Positions 29,665-37,581 of a stretch of 64,000 bases of DNA are shown here, piece after piece. A program made the position numbers and the translations under genes. The notes under the pieces are model-generated. The model made no database searches. It worked only from the letters and a program-made list of their open reading frames with translations, and was not told where the DNA came from. Where the stretch lies: positions 1 to 64,000 of IMG/VR virus record IMGVR_UViG_2775506835_000007, one strand, 5' to 3'. The stretch's first letter is position 1. Every line of letters begins with the position of its first letter. Origin of the DNA: a virus. Lineage: Duplodnaviria; Caudoviricetes.

Positions 29665-30780
29665 TCATCCTTTCTTTCTGCTGGCAGTTTTCCCTGCTTG
29701 CAAGTCCAGATCTGTTTGTAATGATCCCTGTGTCCAATGTACCCCTATGTAGTCCAGCACCCTACCCCACCCATATACTTCATTTGTAACTGGATCTTTC
29801 ACACATCGGTGCATCCAAAAATTCCATTCTTTCGGGTTGTCTTCGTAGAGCCGGTCAAATCGATGCGGTCTCTTTTCGAGCTGGATTCCAAACCCGCACA
29901 TGGAGCAGCCTGTCCTCTGTGCTCTTGTTGTGTAAAGCGTGCCATCTGCTTGGCATTCTATGGTGCCGTATACCTCTGGAACAGGTACATCCAGGTCAAG
30001 GGCAAGCTGCAACAGATCTTGGCGGTCAAATATCGCAAATGGCGCTGACCGTATCGCTGTCTTTCCAAAGTAGTTGCATCCATTCATCATGAGCGACTTT
30101 TGGCGGCGACCTCCTTCGGACGCCATGAGACCCAGATACGGTACACTGTTGTGTTCTTTCGCCCAGTCATCACATGGCTTCTCTTTGAGGTAATAGCAAC
30201 ACTTGGCGGATACTTTAAACGGCGCACATTGATATTGCACATCCTCCCGTTCATTTTCACCTCCTGCAAACAGTTCCAGCCATTTCTGAGCCATCTTCAT
30301 CCGGGTGCCTGTCCGGTTTCCTCCGTATGCTCCGGTTTCTCCTGTGATGATTGCATGCCGGACTGTGGCATTCTTTGGAGATGGATTTTGTAGCAGCTCG
30401 ATCTTCGACGCCGTTTCTTTAGACAGTACCGGGAACCCGCATTCCTGCAGAACTTGTGTTTTGCTCTTTAAAGGTTTCAGCGAGATGATTCCCAATGTTT
30501 TATGTATGGCCTGAATGCTCTTGTCCTCCAGGGTCGATACCGAAACCGCTGGAACATCTATCCCAATGGACCGCAAAAACAACAGCAAAGTAATGCTGTC
30601 CAGACCACCTACGGATACATGACAGTTCAGTCCTCGCTTGCCACACTCGTTGTAGAACTCCCATGCGCGTGTGTATGCATAGTTTATTTTTGCTTCATAC
30701 GGTAGTTTCTGTTTTACCCGAAACGAAGCGATTTTCTCGTCTGTGTGATTCTCCTTCATTCTCTCCATACAACTTTTCAT
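29665..30780 (-). CDS. PAPS-reductase-like (adenine nucleotide alpha hydrolase) Fe-S protein
   Basis: SVGGLDS PP-loop, KCCYYLKEKP, RTGCSMCGFG. Confidence 0.8.
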   Translation of the reverse strand: MKSCMERMKENHTDEKIASFRVKQKLPYEAKINYAYTRAWEFYNECGKRGLNCHVSVGGLDSITLLLFLRSIGIDVPAVSVSTLEDKSIQAIHKTLGIISLKPLKSKTQVLQECGFPVLSKETASKIELLQNPSPKNATVRHAIITGETGAYGGNRTGTRMKMAQKWLELFAGGENEREDVQYQCAPFKVSAKCCYYLKEKPCDDWAKEHNSVPYLGLMASEGGRRQKSLMMNGCNYFGKTAIRSAPFAIFDRQDLLQLALDLDVPVPEVYGTIECQADGTLYTTRAQRTGCSMCGFGIQLEKRPHRFDRLYEDNPKEWNFWMHRCVKDPVTNEVYGWGRVLDYIGVHWTQGSLQTDLDLQAGKTASRKKG

Positions 30781-30998
30781 TTTTGTTTTTCTCGACCTCC
30801 ATTCTGTGAATCTTTATCACGCAGCAACCCGCCAATCCCCATGGCCAGACTCTCTGCCGTCGCTAGGATCAGCACTTGCCAGATGGTCAACATACCGCTG
30901 TCCGACGCCATGGCTGTGAGAAATGCTCCGGTCAGGCCGGCAACAAACAGGATCACACCCAGCCTGCTGTGCTTTATGTATGGGCTGTCTTTGTTCAT
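30777..30998 (-). CDS. Small two-TM membrane protein
   Basis: AGGAGG RBS, two hydrophobic segments, stop overlaps next start. Confidence 0.6.
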   Translation of the reverse strand: MNKDSPYIKHSRLGVILFVAGLTGAFLTAMASDSGMLTIWQVLILATAESLAMGIGGLLRDKDSQNGGREKQK

Positions 30999-31012
30999 GG
31001 CTTGTCCTCCTT

Positions 31013-31177
31013 TCACTCGTCGCTGTACAGACAATCGTACTTTCCACCTCTATTTTCACGGATTTCTCTGGCCAACCGGTCAAGCGGCATGCCAAACAGC
31101 GCACGTACCAGCGTGTCCGGCGTAAGAGGTACAGCATCTTCATCAATCACTAATTTTCCCTTGATCTGATCCGGCAT
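31013..31177 (-). CDS. 54-aa hypothetical protein
   Basis: AGGAGG RBS; manual translation MPDQIKGKLVIDEDAVPLTPDTLVRALFGMPLDRLAREIRENRGGKYDCLYSDE. Confidence 0.6.
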   Translation of the reverse strand: MPDQIKGKLVIDEDAVPLTPDTLVRALFGMPLDRLAREIRENRGGKYDCLYSDE

Positions 31178-31287
31178 GGGATCGCCTCCTTTTTTATTTT
31201 GTAGGATGCTGTGACAGCCAAAACTAATCTGACAATTTCAAATTCAGATATTTTTACTACCTCCCCGCTGCCTTCGGGCGGCTTTTT

Positions 31288-31440
31288 CTATGCGGTTTTC
31301 TGTTTGTTTGCCCACTCCCACAATATTTGCAGAATGAGAGCATTTGTAGATACTCCCATGCATCTAGCTTCTTCCTTCAATTGGTGAAATGTTTTTTCAG
31401 GAATTCGGAATGTAAACCTCACTCTATCATCTTTTGTCAT
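31288..31440 (-). CDS. Arc/Mnt-like ribbon-helix-helix protein (50 aa)
   Basis: GGAGGTG RBS; MTKDDRVRFTFRIPEKTFHQLKEEARCMGVSTNALILQILWEW. Confidence 0.75.
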   Translation of the reverse strand: MTKDDRVRFTFRIPEKTFHQLKEEARCMGVSTNALILQILWEWANKQKTA

Positions 31441-31553
31441 TTGTTTGACGTCACCTCCTTATTAATTGTATCATGTCATCTATTTGACGTCAATAGTCAT
31501 ATTTGCTTTTGTCTGCAATATTTGCTATTATTAAAACGTCAATTAGACGTCAA
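31435..31553. promoter_or_regulatory. Divergent promoter region with repeated (T)GACGTCA operators
   Basis: TGTCATTTGTTTGACGTCA (31435-53), TGTCATCTATTTGACGTCA (31474-92), AAACGTCAATTAGACGTCAA (31534-53). Confidence 0.7.
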
Positions 31554-31567
31554 AAGGAGGTTCGTAT

Positions 31568-31738
31568 ATGTCTGCAAATGATGGTTTTACAAAGGAAACA
31601 GATAAAAGATTTACTCTGAGAATGGAAATTGATCTGTTTGAGCGCATTTCAACATCAGCAAAAGCGCATCGACGTTCCGTCGCCAAAGAGATTGAGCAAG
31701 CAGTCGAATTCTACTTGAATGCCAATGGAGAGTTTTGA
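31568..31738 (+). CDS. Arc-family ribbon-helix-helix repressor (56 aa)
   Basis: AGGAGG RBS; MSANDGFTKETDKRFTLRMEIDLFERISTSAKAHRRSVAKEIEQAVEFYL. Confidence 0.78.
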   Translation: MSANDGFTKETDKRFTLRMEIDLFERISTSAKAHRRSVAKEIEQAVEFYLNANGEF

Positions 31739-31866
31739 GAATTCAGCCAGTCGTTTAAAATAAACATGATTAAATCTTTGGTTGGGTACCCTCGCCTATC
31801 TGCTTCCTGTCTGAGTGTCTTCAACAACTCAGCCGACAGGCGAATCGTTATCTGTTCTCTCTCCAA
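31711..31866 (-). CDS. Third Arc-like ribbon-helix-helix protein (51 aa)
   Basis: GGAGGTGA RBS + TTG; MEREQITIRLSAELLKTLRQEADRRGYPTKDLIMFIL. Confidence 0.68.
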   Translation of the reverse strand: MEREQITIRLSAELLKTLRQEADRRGYPTKDLIMFILNDWLNSQNSPLAFK

Positions 31867-31914
31867 TCCCTCACCTCCTCGCCGCTATCGAGAGCTAAAA
31901 CGTGCACCTTTTCT

Positions 31915-31971
31915 ACACATATAAAAATATTTGCTAAACCCATTGACAAATACTTTTATATGTGTTATTAT
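31915..31971 (+). promoter_or_regulatory. hicAB promoter overlapped by a 19-bp inverted repeat (probable HicB operator)
   Basis: TTGACA(31943)-17-TATTAT(31966); ACACATATAAAAATATTTG / CAAATACTTTTATATGTGT. Confidence 0.75.
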
Positions 31972-31995
31972 AAGATTGTCAGGAGGGAACAACAC

Positions 31996-32193
31996 ATGAA
32001 AAGTTATTCTTCACGGGAGGTCATTAAAATGCTGAAAGCAGATGGTTGGTATGAAGTAAACGTGGTTGGAAGCCACCATCAATTTAAACATCCAACCAAA
32101 AAGGGACGGACAACAGTTAAACATCCTGACAAAGATATTCCCCGCCCAACGCTTGATCGCATTGAAGACCAGTCGGGGCTAAAGTTCAGATAG
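31996..32193 (+). CDS. hicA: HicA toxin
   Basis: SREVIKML..DGW...GSHHQFKHP.KKG.TTV.HP.KDI. Confidence 0.93.
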   Translation: MKSYSSREVIKMLKADGWYEVNVVGSHHQFKHPTKKGRTTVKHPDKDIPRPTLDRIEDQSGLKFR

Positions 32194-32239
32194 CCCCGAC
32201 CCCCTCCCTGACAACTTTAATAAAGGAGGTTACTTCTGA

Positions 32240-32644
32240 ATGAAAAAGCCTGAACGTTACTTTTATCCCGCAGTTTTCACTTATGAAGCTGGACAGGAGA
32301 TCGCAGTTGTTTTCCCGGATTTGAACGCCGCCACCAGCGGGATCAATGACGACGACGCTTTAATCTCTGCTCGGGAACTGTTGGGCTGCGTCATGTATGG
32401 TCTGGAGGAAGACGGTGAAGAAATTCCTACTCCCACACCACTTACACAGGTACAGGCAAGAGAAAATGAACGCACGGCATTGATTGACGTTTATATGCCG
32501 TCAATCCGTTTAGCACAGGTAAACCGTTCCGTAAACCGTACTGTAACGCTCCCCGCATGGCTCAATGCCGCCGCTTTGGAAAAAGGCATGAACTTTTCCC
32601 AAGTATTACAGGACGCATTGCGGGAAAAGCTTAATGTCGGTTGA
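32240..32644 (+). CDS. hicB: HicB antitoxin
   Basis: YPAVF...VVFPDL, ARELL, TVTLPAWL...NFSQVLQDAL. Confidence 0.93.
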   Translation: MKKPERYFYPAVFTYEAGQEIAVVFPDLNAATSGINDDDALISARELLGCVMYGLEEDGEEIPTPTPLTQVQARENERTALIDVYMPSIRLAQVNRSVNRTVTLPAWLNAAALEKGMNFSQVLQDALREKLNVG

Positions 32645-32707
32645 TGTATTTCTTGTCTCAAATGTTATTGATTAACTATTCCGCCGCCCTTAACTGGGCG
32701 GCTTTTC

Positions 32708-32959
32708 TTATGTAGGCCTCTGATTGTCTTTTACTTCCGAACAAGCTTCTTCAAAAATATATTCAACTTCTTTTTCTGGAAAACATTTTTGTACAATTAA
32801 AAAGGCTTCGTTGAGTTTTAACGGAGATTCACGTGATAGCTTACGCCCCAAAGTTTCTCTCTTCATACCAATAGAATTTGCTATACTACCAATAGTTAAT
32901 TGCTTTCTTCCCATTTCAGCCCTAAGATTTTCAAACGCTATTTTATTTGTAGCTGGCAT
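32708..32959 (-). CDS. Cro-like HTH regulator
   Basis: NLRAEMGR...LNEA...FP...EYIF; divergent from repressor. Confidence 0.8.
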   Translation of the reverse strand: MPATNKIAFENLRAEMGRKQLTIGSIANSIGMKRETLGRKLSRESPLKLNEAFLIVQKCFPEKEVEYIFEEACSEVKDNQRPT

Positions 32960-32975
32960 TTTCAACCCTCCTTTC

Positions 32976-33080
32976 ACTCATCGAGCGATTTATTGGTTTT
33001 ATTATAACTCAACGAGCGAAAAAGTCAATATAAAATTTGAACTTTTTCTTGCATTGAGTGATTTCTGTGATATAATGCAA
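32976..33080. promoter_or_regulatory. Lysis/lysogeny switch: divergent promoters and operators
   Basis: ACTCATCGAGCGA (32976), ACTCAACGAGCGA (33007); TATAAT boxes on both strands. Confidence 0.7.
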
Positions 33081-33099
33081 GAAAAGGAGGCTTTAATAC

Positions 33100-33528
33100 A
33101 TGAACAAACCAGTTCACGAAACTCTACGTGAAATAATGAATGAAAAGAATTTATCAATTGCCGAAACAGCCAGGATATGCAATTTGCCAGACTCAACAGT
33201 TAGAGGAATAATTACCAGGTTCCAAAAAAGTGTAGCCCTTGAAGTCGCATTTAAATTATCAAAAGGGTTAGGAGTCAGCTTAGAAAGATTAAACGGTGGA
33301 GAAGAACTAAAAAAATCCCCCGACCCGGAAGAACCGGAGACGGAGGATTTCGATGAAGAAGAATTTCAATTATTTTGCAAAGCGATGGTCACTCTTGGAT
33401 ACCTTCGTGAAGGTGAGGATTTTACCGACACTCAAGTTCAGGTCCTCGCTGGAATCATTCAGATTTTGGACGCTACTTTTCCGCGCTTCGCGGATGGACA
33501 ATTGGATGAGGCTCGGACCGCTGGATGA
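33100..33528 (+). CDS. CI-like XRE repressor
   Basis: N-terminal HTH (LSIAETARICNLPDSTVRGII...KLSKGLGVSLERL); divergent from cro, upstream of integrase. Confidence 0.82.
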   Translation: MNKPVHETLREIMNEKNLSIAETARICNLPDSTVRGIITRFQKSVALEVAFKLSKGLGVSLERLNGGEELKKSPDPEEPETEDFDEEEFQLFCKAMVTLGYLREGEDFTDTQVQVLAGIIQILDATFPRFADGQLDEARTAG

Positions 33529-33822
33529 TGTATGCAGAAGCATATAAATTCTGCGTAAATTTTTCATATGTAACCCTCCCATTATCCAAATATTAATGCT
33601 TTAGTTACCAGCCATTTAAATAAACCATTGCCTCTTCCTCCTTATTTTGTATTGGAAGAGTACCGACCGGCCGCATCAATACAATCTTCCACCCAATATA
33701 ACCTCTTTTAAGTAGCGTTTTGTGACAAGAAGCTTTAGAAATTTTATAAAAATTTCACATGTGAAACAAATCGACCATCTATTTTATTGTACAGAATAAA
33801 TAAATACTTTTTATTCCGATAA

Positions 33823-33981
33823 CAAAAAACCGCTTCACCCTGCGCCAACAGGATGAAGCGGCAAAGGAAATGCCTGACCTGGCGGTAACCAGATCAGGCA
33901 TGAGAGACTGTTGGCGGGTAAGACCAACAGGCAGTAATAACGAAACATGCTTATTATACCTGCTTGGCTTTTCGTCGTCAA
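33823..33981 (-). ncRNA. Candidate ~120-nt three-hairpin RNA with its promoter, antisense to the integrase leader
   Basis: Minus-strand TTGACG-17-TATAAT (33981-33953); hairpins 33908-30, 33870-901, and 33830-61 + T6. Confidence 0.6.
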
Positions 33982-33998
33982 TGATTGGAGGACAAAAA

Positions 33999-35507
33999 AT
34001 GAGCTTTTACGGTCCAGCATCCAAACCGCTTCGGGCTGCGGCATATGCCCGTTACAGCACAAACCGACAGACGGAAAACAGCATAGAGTACCAATTTAAT
34101 AAAATAAAAGAATATTGCCATCAAAACCGGATACAGGTGGTCTCTTACTACAGCGATGAAGGACAGAGCGGAACCAACATGGACCGTGCTGGCTTCATAG
34201 ATATGGTCGCGGCGGCGGCTCGGGGTGAATTCGACGCCGTTGTCATCTACGACATCAGCCGCGGCTCCCGTGACGTCGGTGACTGGTTCGCCTTCCGAAA
34301 GCAGATGGCCCGGCTTGGCGTGCAGGTGATCTCTGCTACACAAGAACTGGGAGACGTGACAAATCCAAATGATTTCCTCGTGGAGCTGATCACGGTCGGA
34401 TTAGGTGAGCACCAGGTACTTGACACGCGGGTCAAATCCATTGCCGGAACCACCGTGCGCGCAAAAAAAGGCCTATTCTGCGGCGGCGTCCCACCGCTTG
34501 GATACGATATTGTGGATGGTAAATACATCATCAACAACGCAGAGGCTGCCGCTGTCCGAAAAATATTTGAACTGTACGCCGCTGGAAAAGGCTACAGCGC
34601 GATCTTAGAGGCTGTAAAAGGCATAAATGGTAAACGGGGTAGTGCTTTAGGCAAAAACAGCTTATCAAGCATCCTGCGCAACGAGAGATACATAGGCGTA
34701 TACACATGGCTCAAGCGCCGCTGTAAGCTGATGAGAAAATGGGCCGGTGGAACTCCGAACCCCGATGCAGTACGAATAGAAGGGGTTATCCCACCAATCA
34801 TCGATGAAAAAACTTGGAACGAGGTGCAAAAAAGAATGAGCGATAACAAGAGACGCGCCAGCAACAAAGCAAAACAGGAATACTTGCTTTCTGGTCTAAT
34901 TGAGTGTGAAGCCTGCGGCAGTACCTACGTTGGCCACTGCTCCACCAACTCAAAAGGATACCAAACCAGAAGCTATATTTGCGGCAACAAATACCGTACA
35001 CACACCTGTACAGTAAAAAATATCAGTGCCAACGAAATTGAAGCTTTTGTGATTCAGCAATTGCAGGCGTTCTTGCTTGAGACTGACTTTGCGGAGACTT
35101 CCAGGAAAATTGCCGATCAAGTGAATTCTGCCAGCCCTGATCTGACCGCGGAGCGGCGTGAACTGAACGGTGTCATCGCCAAAATCAGCAACGGCACAAA
35201 AGCGATTTTATCCGGCATCAACTACCCGGAATTGCAAGATGAAATGGACAAGCTTCGCCTGCGTAAGTCTGAGCTGGAGGATATTATTTGGCGCACGCAA
35301 TCCAATCGCCAACCCGTCAGCGGCGATAAAATAGAAAAGCTGCTCAATGAGGCGCTGGAAACCTTACCGGCAGATCCACGCGCCGCCATCAAGCAGCTTG
35401 TAACAAAAATATACGCCCACGTCGACGGTTCATTCACCGTAAACGTAGGCGTACATATAGCTGGTTGCGGAGGTCTGCAACCAGTGGCGACCACTACTGA
35501 TTTATAG
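33999..35507 (+). CDS. Large serine integrase of prophage 1
   Basis: YARYST catalytic motif, recombinase domain, zinc ribbon (LSGLIECEACG...YIC...C), coiled coil; GGAGG RBS before ATG 33999. Confidence 0.95.
   Translation: MSFYGPASKPLRAAAYARYSTNRQTENSIEYQFNKIKEYCHQNRIQVVSYYSDEGQSGTNMDRAGFIDMVAAAARGEFDAVVIYDISRGSRDVGDWFAFRKQMARLGVQVISATQELGDVTNPNDFLVELITVGLGEHQVLDTRVKSIAGTTVRAKKGLFCGGVPPLGYDIVDGKYIINNAEAAAVRKIFELYAAGKGYSAILEAVKGINGKRGSALGKNSLSSILRNERYIGVYTWLKRRCKLMRKWAGGTPNPDAVRIEGVIPPIIDEKTWNEVQKRMSDNKRRASNKAKQEYLLSGLIECEACGSTYVGHCSTNSKGYQTRSYICGNKYRTHTCTVKNISANEIEAFVIQQLQAFLLETDFAETSRKIADQVNSASPDLTAERRELNGVIAKISNGTKAILSGINYPELQDEMDKLRLRKSELEDIIWRTQSNRQPVSGDKIEKLLNEALETLPADPRAAIKQLVTKIYAHVDGSFTVNVGVHIAGCGGLQPVATTTDL
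35462..35482. repeat. att core at the prophage 1/prophage 2 junction, inside the integrase 3' end
   Basis: Identical 21-mer to 1704-1724; encodes GCGGLQP. Confidence 0.9.
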
Positions 35508-35650
35508 AGACTCGCTAAAAGATTACGTACAATATCTTTCCGCGTGCGCTTAGATTTCTATATAATTAATTTAAAGAATATATTCCCAGCCTACAATCCC
35601 CTTTTTGTGTGATAAGATTTTAAAATCTTGTCATATAAAGGGGATTTTTT

Positions 35651-36217
35651 ATGTGGATATTATTGGTAGGTCCATCAGATGATAATAAAAAACACACCCA
35701 GAAAATTATCGAAGTACACAATAAATACAAGCAGTCACTTATCAGGGCGGCTTATAAGATGCTTGGGAATCGGCAGGATGCCGAAGATGCTGCAATGGCC
35801 GGTATGCAAAAATTTATAGAGAGGGCGGACGAGATATATGCAGACCCAGCAAACGCCGACGAGTCCTTTATCCGTCATAAAATATTTGATTACACCCACG
35901 ATGCGGCCCGGCTTATTTATAAAAAAAGAAAACGCCATCCGGAAATAATCTCTCTCGACGACTGCGATGATATACAAGAGATCAGGCCCGAGGGTTTTAA
36001 CGAGTGGATCATCGATATAAGCATATTGTTTAACAATTTGCCGGAACGCTACCGGGATGCTTTGGAGCTTACATATATCAAGCAAAAAGACGATGACGAG
36101 ATCGCAGAACGCCTGCATACTACCCCTGCCAATGTAAGACATTTGCGGTCACGAGGGATTGAGAAATTAAAAAATTATGTACGTATACATAATTTGAATC
36201 CTGATGATATTGTTTAG
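35651..36217 (+). CDS. ECF-type RNA polymerase sigma factor
   Basis: Region 2 AYKMLGNRQDAEDA; region 4 LPERYRDALEL.Y...EIAERL...NVRHLRSRG. Confidence 0.88.
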   Translation: MWILLVGPSDDNKKHTQKIIEVHNKYKQSLIRAAYKMLGNRQDAEDAAMAGMQKFIERADEIYADPANADESFIRHKIFDYTHDAARLIYKKRKRHPEIISLDDCDDIQEIRPEGFNEWIIDISILFNNLPERYRDALELTYIKQKDDDEIAERLHTTPANVRHLRSRGIEKLKNYVRIHNLNPDDIV

Positions 36218-36228
36218 GAGGCGAACAA

Positions 36229-36936
36229 ATGGATTTCACAGAAGAGCAATGGGGAAATATTATTAACCGGATAGTTGAGGTCAATTCCGCTGCGCTTATG
36301 ATGGGCGCGGAGGATATAAAATATCCGCACCTAAAAAAAGAGCAGCAAGCCTTTGATATGGCCTTACATAGATATGATCAATCATATAAACCGCATATAA
36401 TTGCGGCTCGGGTTGGCAAGCGCGTCGCAATTGCTCTTATCGCCGCCCTCCTTGCAGCCGCAATGACAATTATGACAGTATCCGCTGCACGTGAGTGGTT
36501 TATTGACTTAATTGGAGGCATTTGGCCGGGCGAACATGTTACCGCTGGCATGCTACCGGAGGACGAGCTACCAAAATTTGCGGTATACTCTCCCGCGTAC
36601 ATGCCAGACGGATATGAATTAGCGGAACGAGATGTAAATGATCTGCACCGTTTGGCGCACCAAACATATTACCGTGGCGGGGATGAAAAACTAGAGATAA
36701 AAATAAGTCATTACCAAAGAGGCAACCTAAAGTATGATCATTCCGGCGATGAGGTCGGATATGTCTACATTAACGGGGACAAATCCACTTATAGCCGTAA
36801 AGGTGAGCGCCAAATGCTGGGCTGGTCTGACGGATTAAATTTTTACCGAGTAACGTGCTATGATCCGGATGTGAGCAAGGACGATCTGATCAAAATTGCG
36901 GAGAGTCTCGCCCCGGAGCCAGTGGGTGAACAATAA
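36229..36936 (+). CDS. Anti-sigma-like single-TM protein with DUF4367-like extracellular domain
   Basis: KRVAIALIAALL TM, PAYMPDGYEL, LGW...VSKDDLIKIAESL. Confidence 0.8.
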   Translation: MDFTEEQWGNIINRIVEVNSAALMMGAEDIKYPHLKKEQQAFDMALHRYDQSYKPHIIAARVGKRVAIALIAALLAAAMTIMTVSAAREWFIDLIGGIWPGEHVTAGMLPEDELPKFAVYSPAYMPDGYELAERDVNDLHRLAHQTYYRGGDEKLEIKISHYQRGNLKYDHSGDEVGYVYINGDKSTYSRKGERQMLGWSDGLNFYRVTCYDPDVSKDDLIKIAESLAPEPVGEQ

Positions 36937-36997
36937 TCTTTTGGTTATCCTCTTTGCCCGCCGGGCATAATACCCGTAGATTGGCGGTGATACTATC

Positions 36998-37192
36998 ATG
37001 GCCCTGTCAGAGCAAGAATTAAAAGAACTTTTGCAAAAACACAAGGATGAGATAATAGACGACAGCCTCAAAAATTTGCCCCCGGACAAAGACCTAAAAA
37101 AGATGTACCCGGTACCTGATGATTTTGATACTAAAATATTAAAGCTGCTCTCAGATGCTGCGGATATGCGCAAAAATAAAAAATCCCCCTGA
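36998..37192 (+). CDS. 64-aa protein resembling the cytoplasmic N-domain of DUF4367 anti-sigma proteins
   Basis: LKNLPPDKDLKKMYPVPDDFDTKILKLL; GGCGGTGA RBS. Confidence 0.55.
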   Translation: MALSEQELKELLQKHKDEIIDDSLKNLPPDKDLKKMYPVPDDFDTKILKLLSDAADMRKNKKSP

Positions 37193-37199
37193 CAGGCCG

Positions 37200-37424
37200 T
37201 TATGGCTTATCGGGGGGATTTTCTTCATCTACATATTCCATTAGATCGCCAGGCTGACACTGCAAAACCCGACATAATTTATTTATTGTCTTCGCGTCCA
37301 GACCGCCGGTGTGCCTTCGCAATGCGGTTAATGTACCCTGCCCAATCAGTTTTTCATCTCTTATGCGGGTTGCACTGTATCCTTTATCCTTTAAGAGCAT
37401 AAATAGTTTATCGTATTTAATCAC
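37200..37424 (-). CDS. Cro/C1-type XRE regulator (YozG-like)
   Basis: IKYDKLF.LL...TINKLC.VLQCQPGDLMEY. Confidence 0.88.
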   Translation of the reverse strand: MIKYDKLFMLLKDKGYSATRIRDEKLIGQGTLTALRRHTGGLDAKTINKLCRVLQCQPGDLMEYVDEENPPDKP

Positions 37425-37458
37425 TTGATCACCTCTATATTATCTTATCAAATGTTCA

Positions 37459-37546
37459 GCACAAAATCAAGTGCATTTTGTACACTTTAAAGCACTTAAC
37501 TTTGTGCCATACGTCAATTGCTTCGCACAAAGTTAAGTGCTATAAT
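37459..37546 (+). promoter_or_regulatory. Strong promoter with three 16-bp operators
   Basis: GCACAAAATCAAGTGC (37459), inverted copy (37492), GCACAAAGTTAAGTGC (37525) within the spacer of TTGCTT-17-TATAAT. Confidence 0.8.
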
Positions 37547-37581
37547 ATAGATAGACCAAAAGAGAAACGGAGGAATCAAAA

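Larger units (their letters stand above)
1704..35482. mobile_element. Prophage 1, complete ~33.8 kb temperate myovirus-type phage
   Basis: Bounded by the 21-bp repeat; ordered integrase-immunity-replication-packaging-head-contractile tail-lysis modules. Confidence 0.95.

Noticed and set aside
33870-33998. Longer integrase start at 33870
   Set aside because: GGAGG RBS precedes ATG 33999 and the extension overlaps a hairpin-rich region with an antisense promoter
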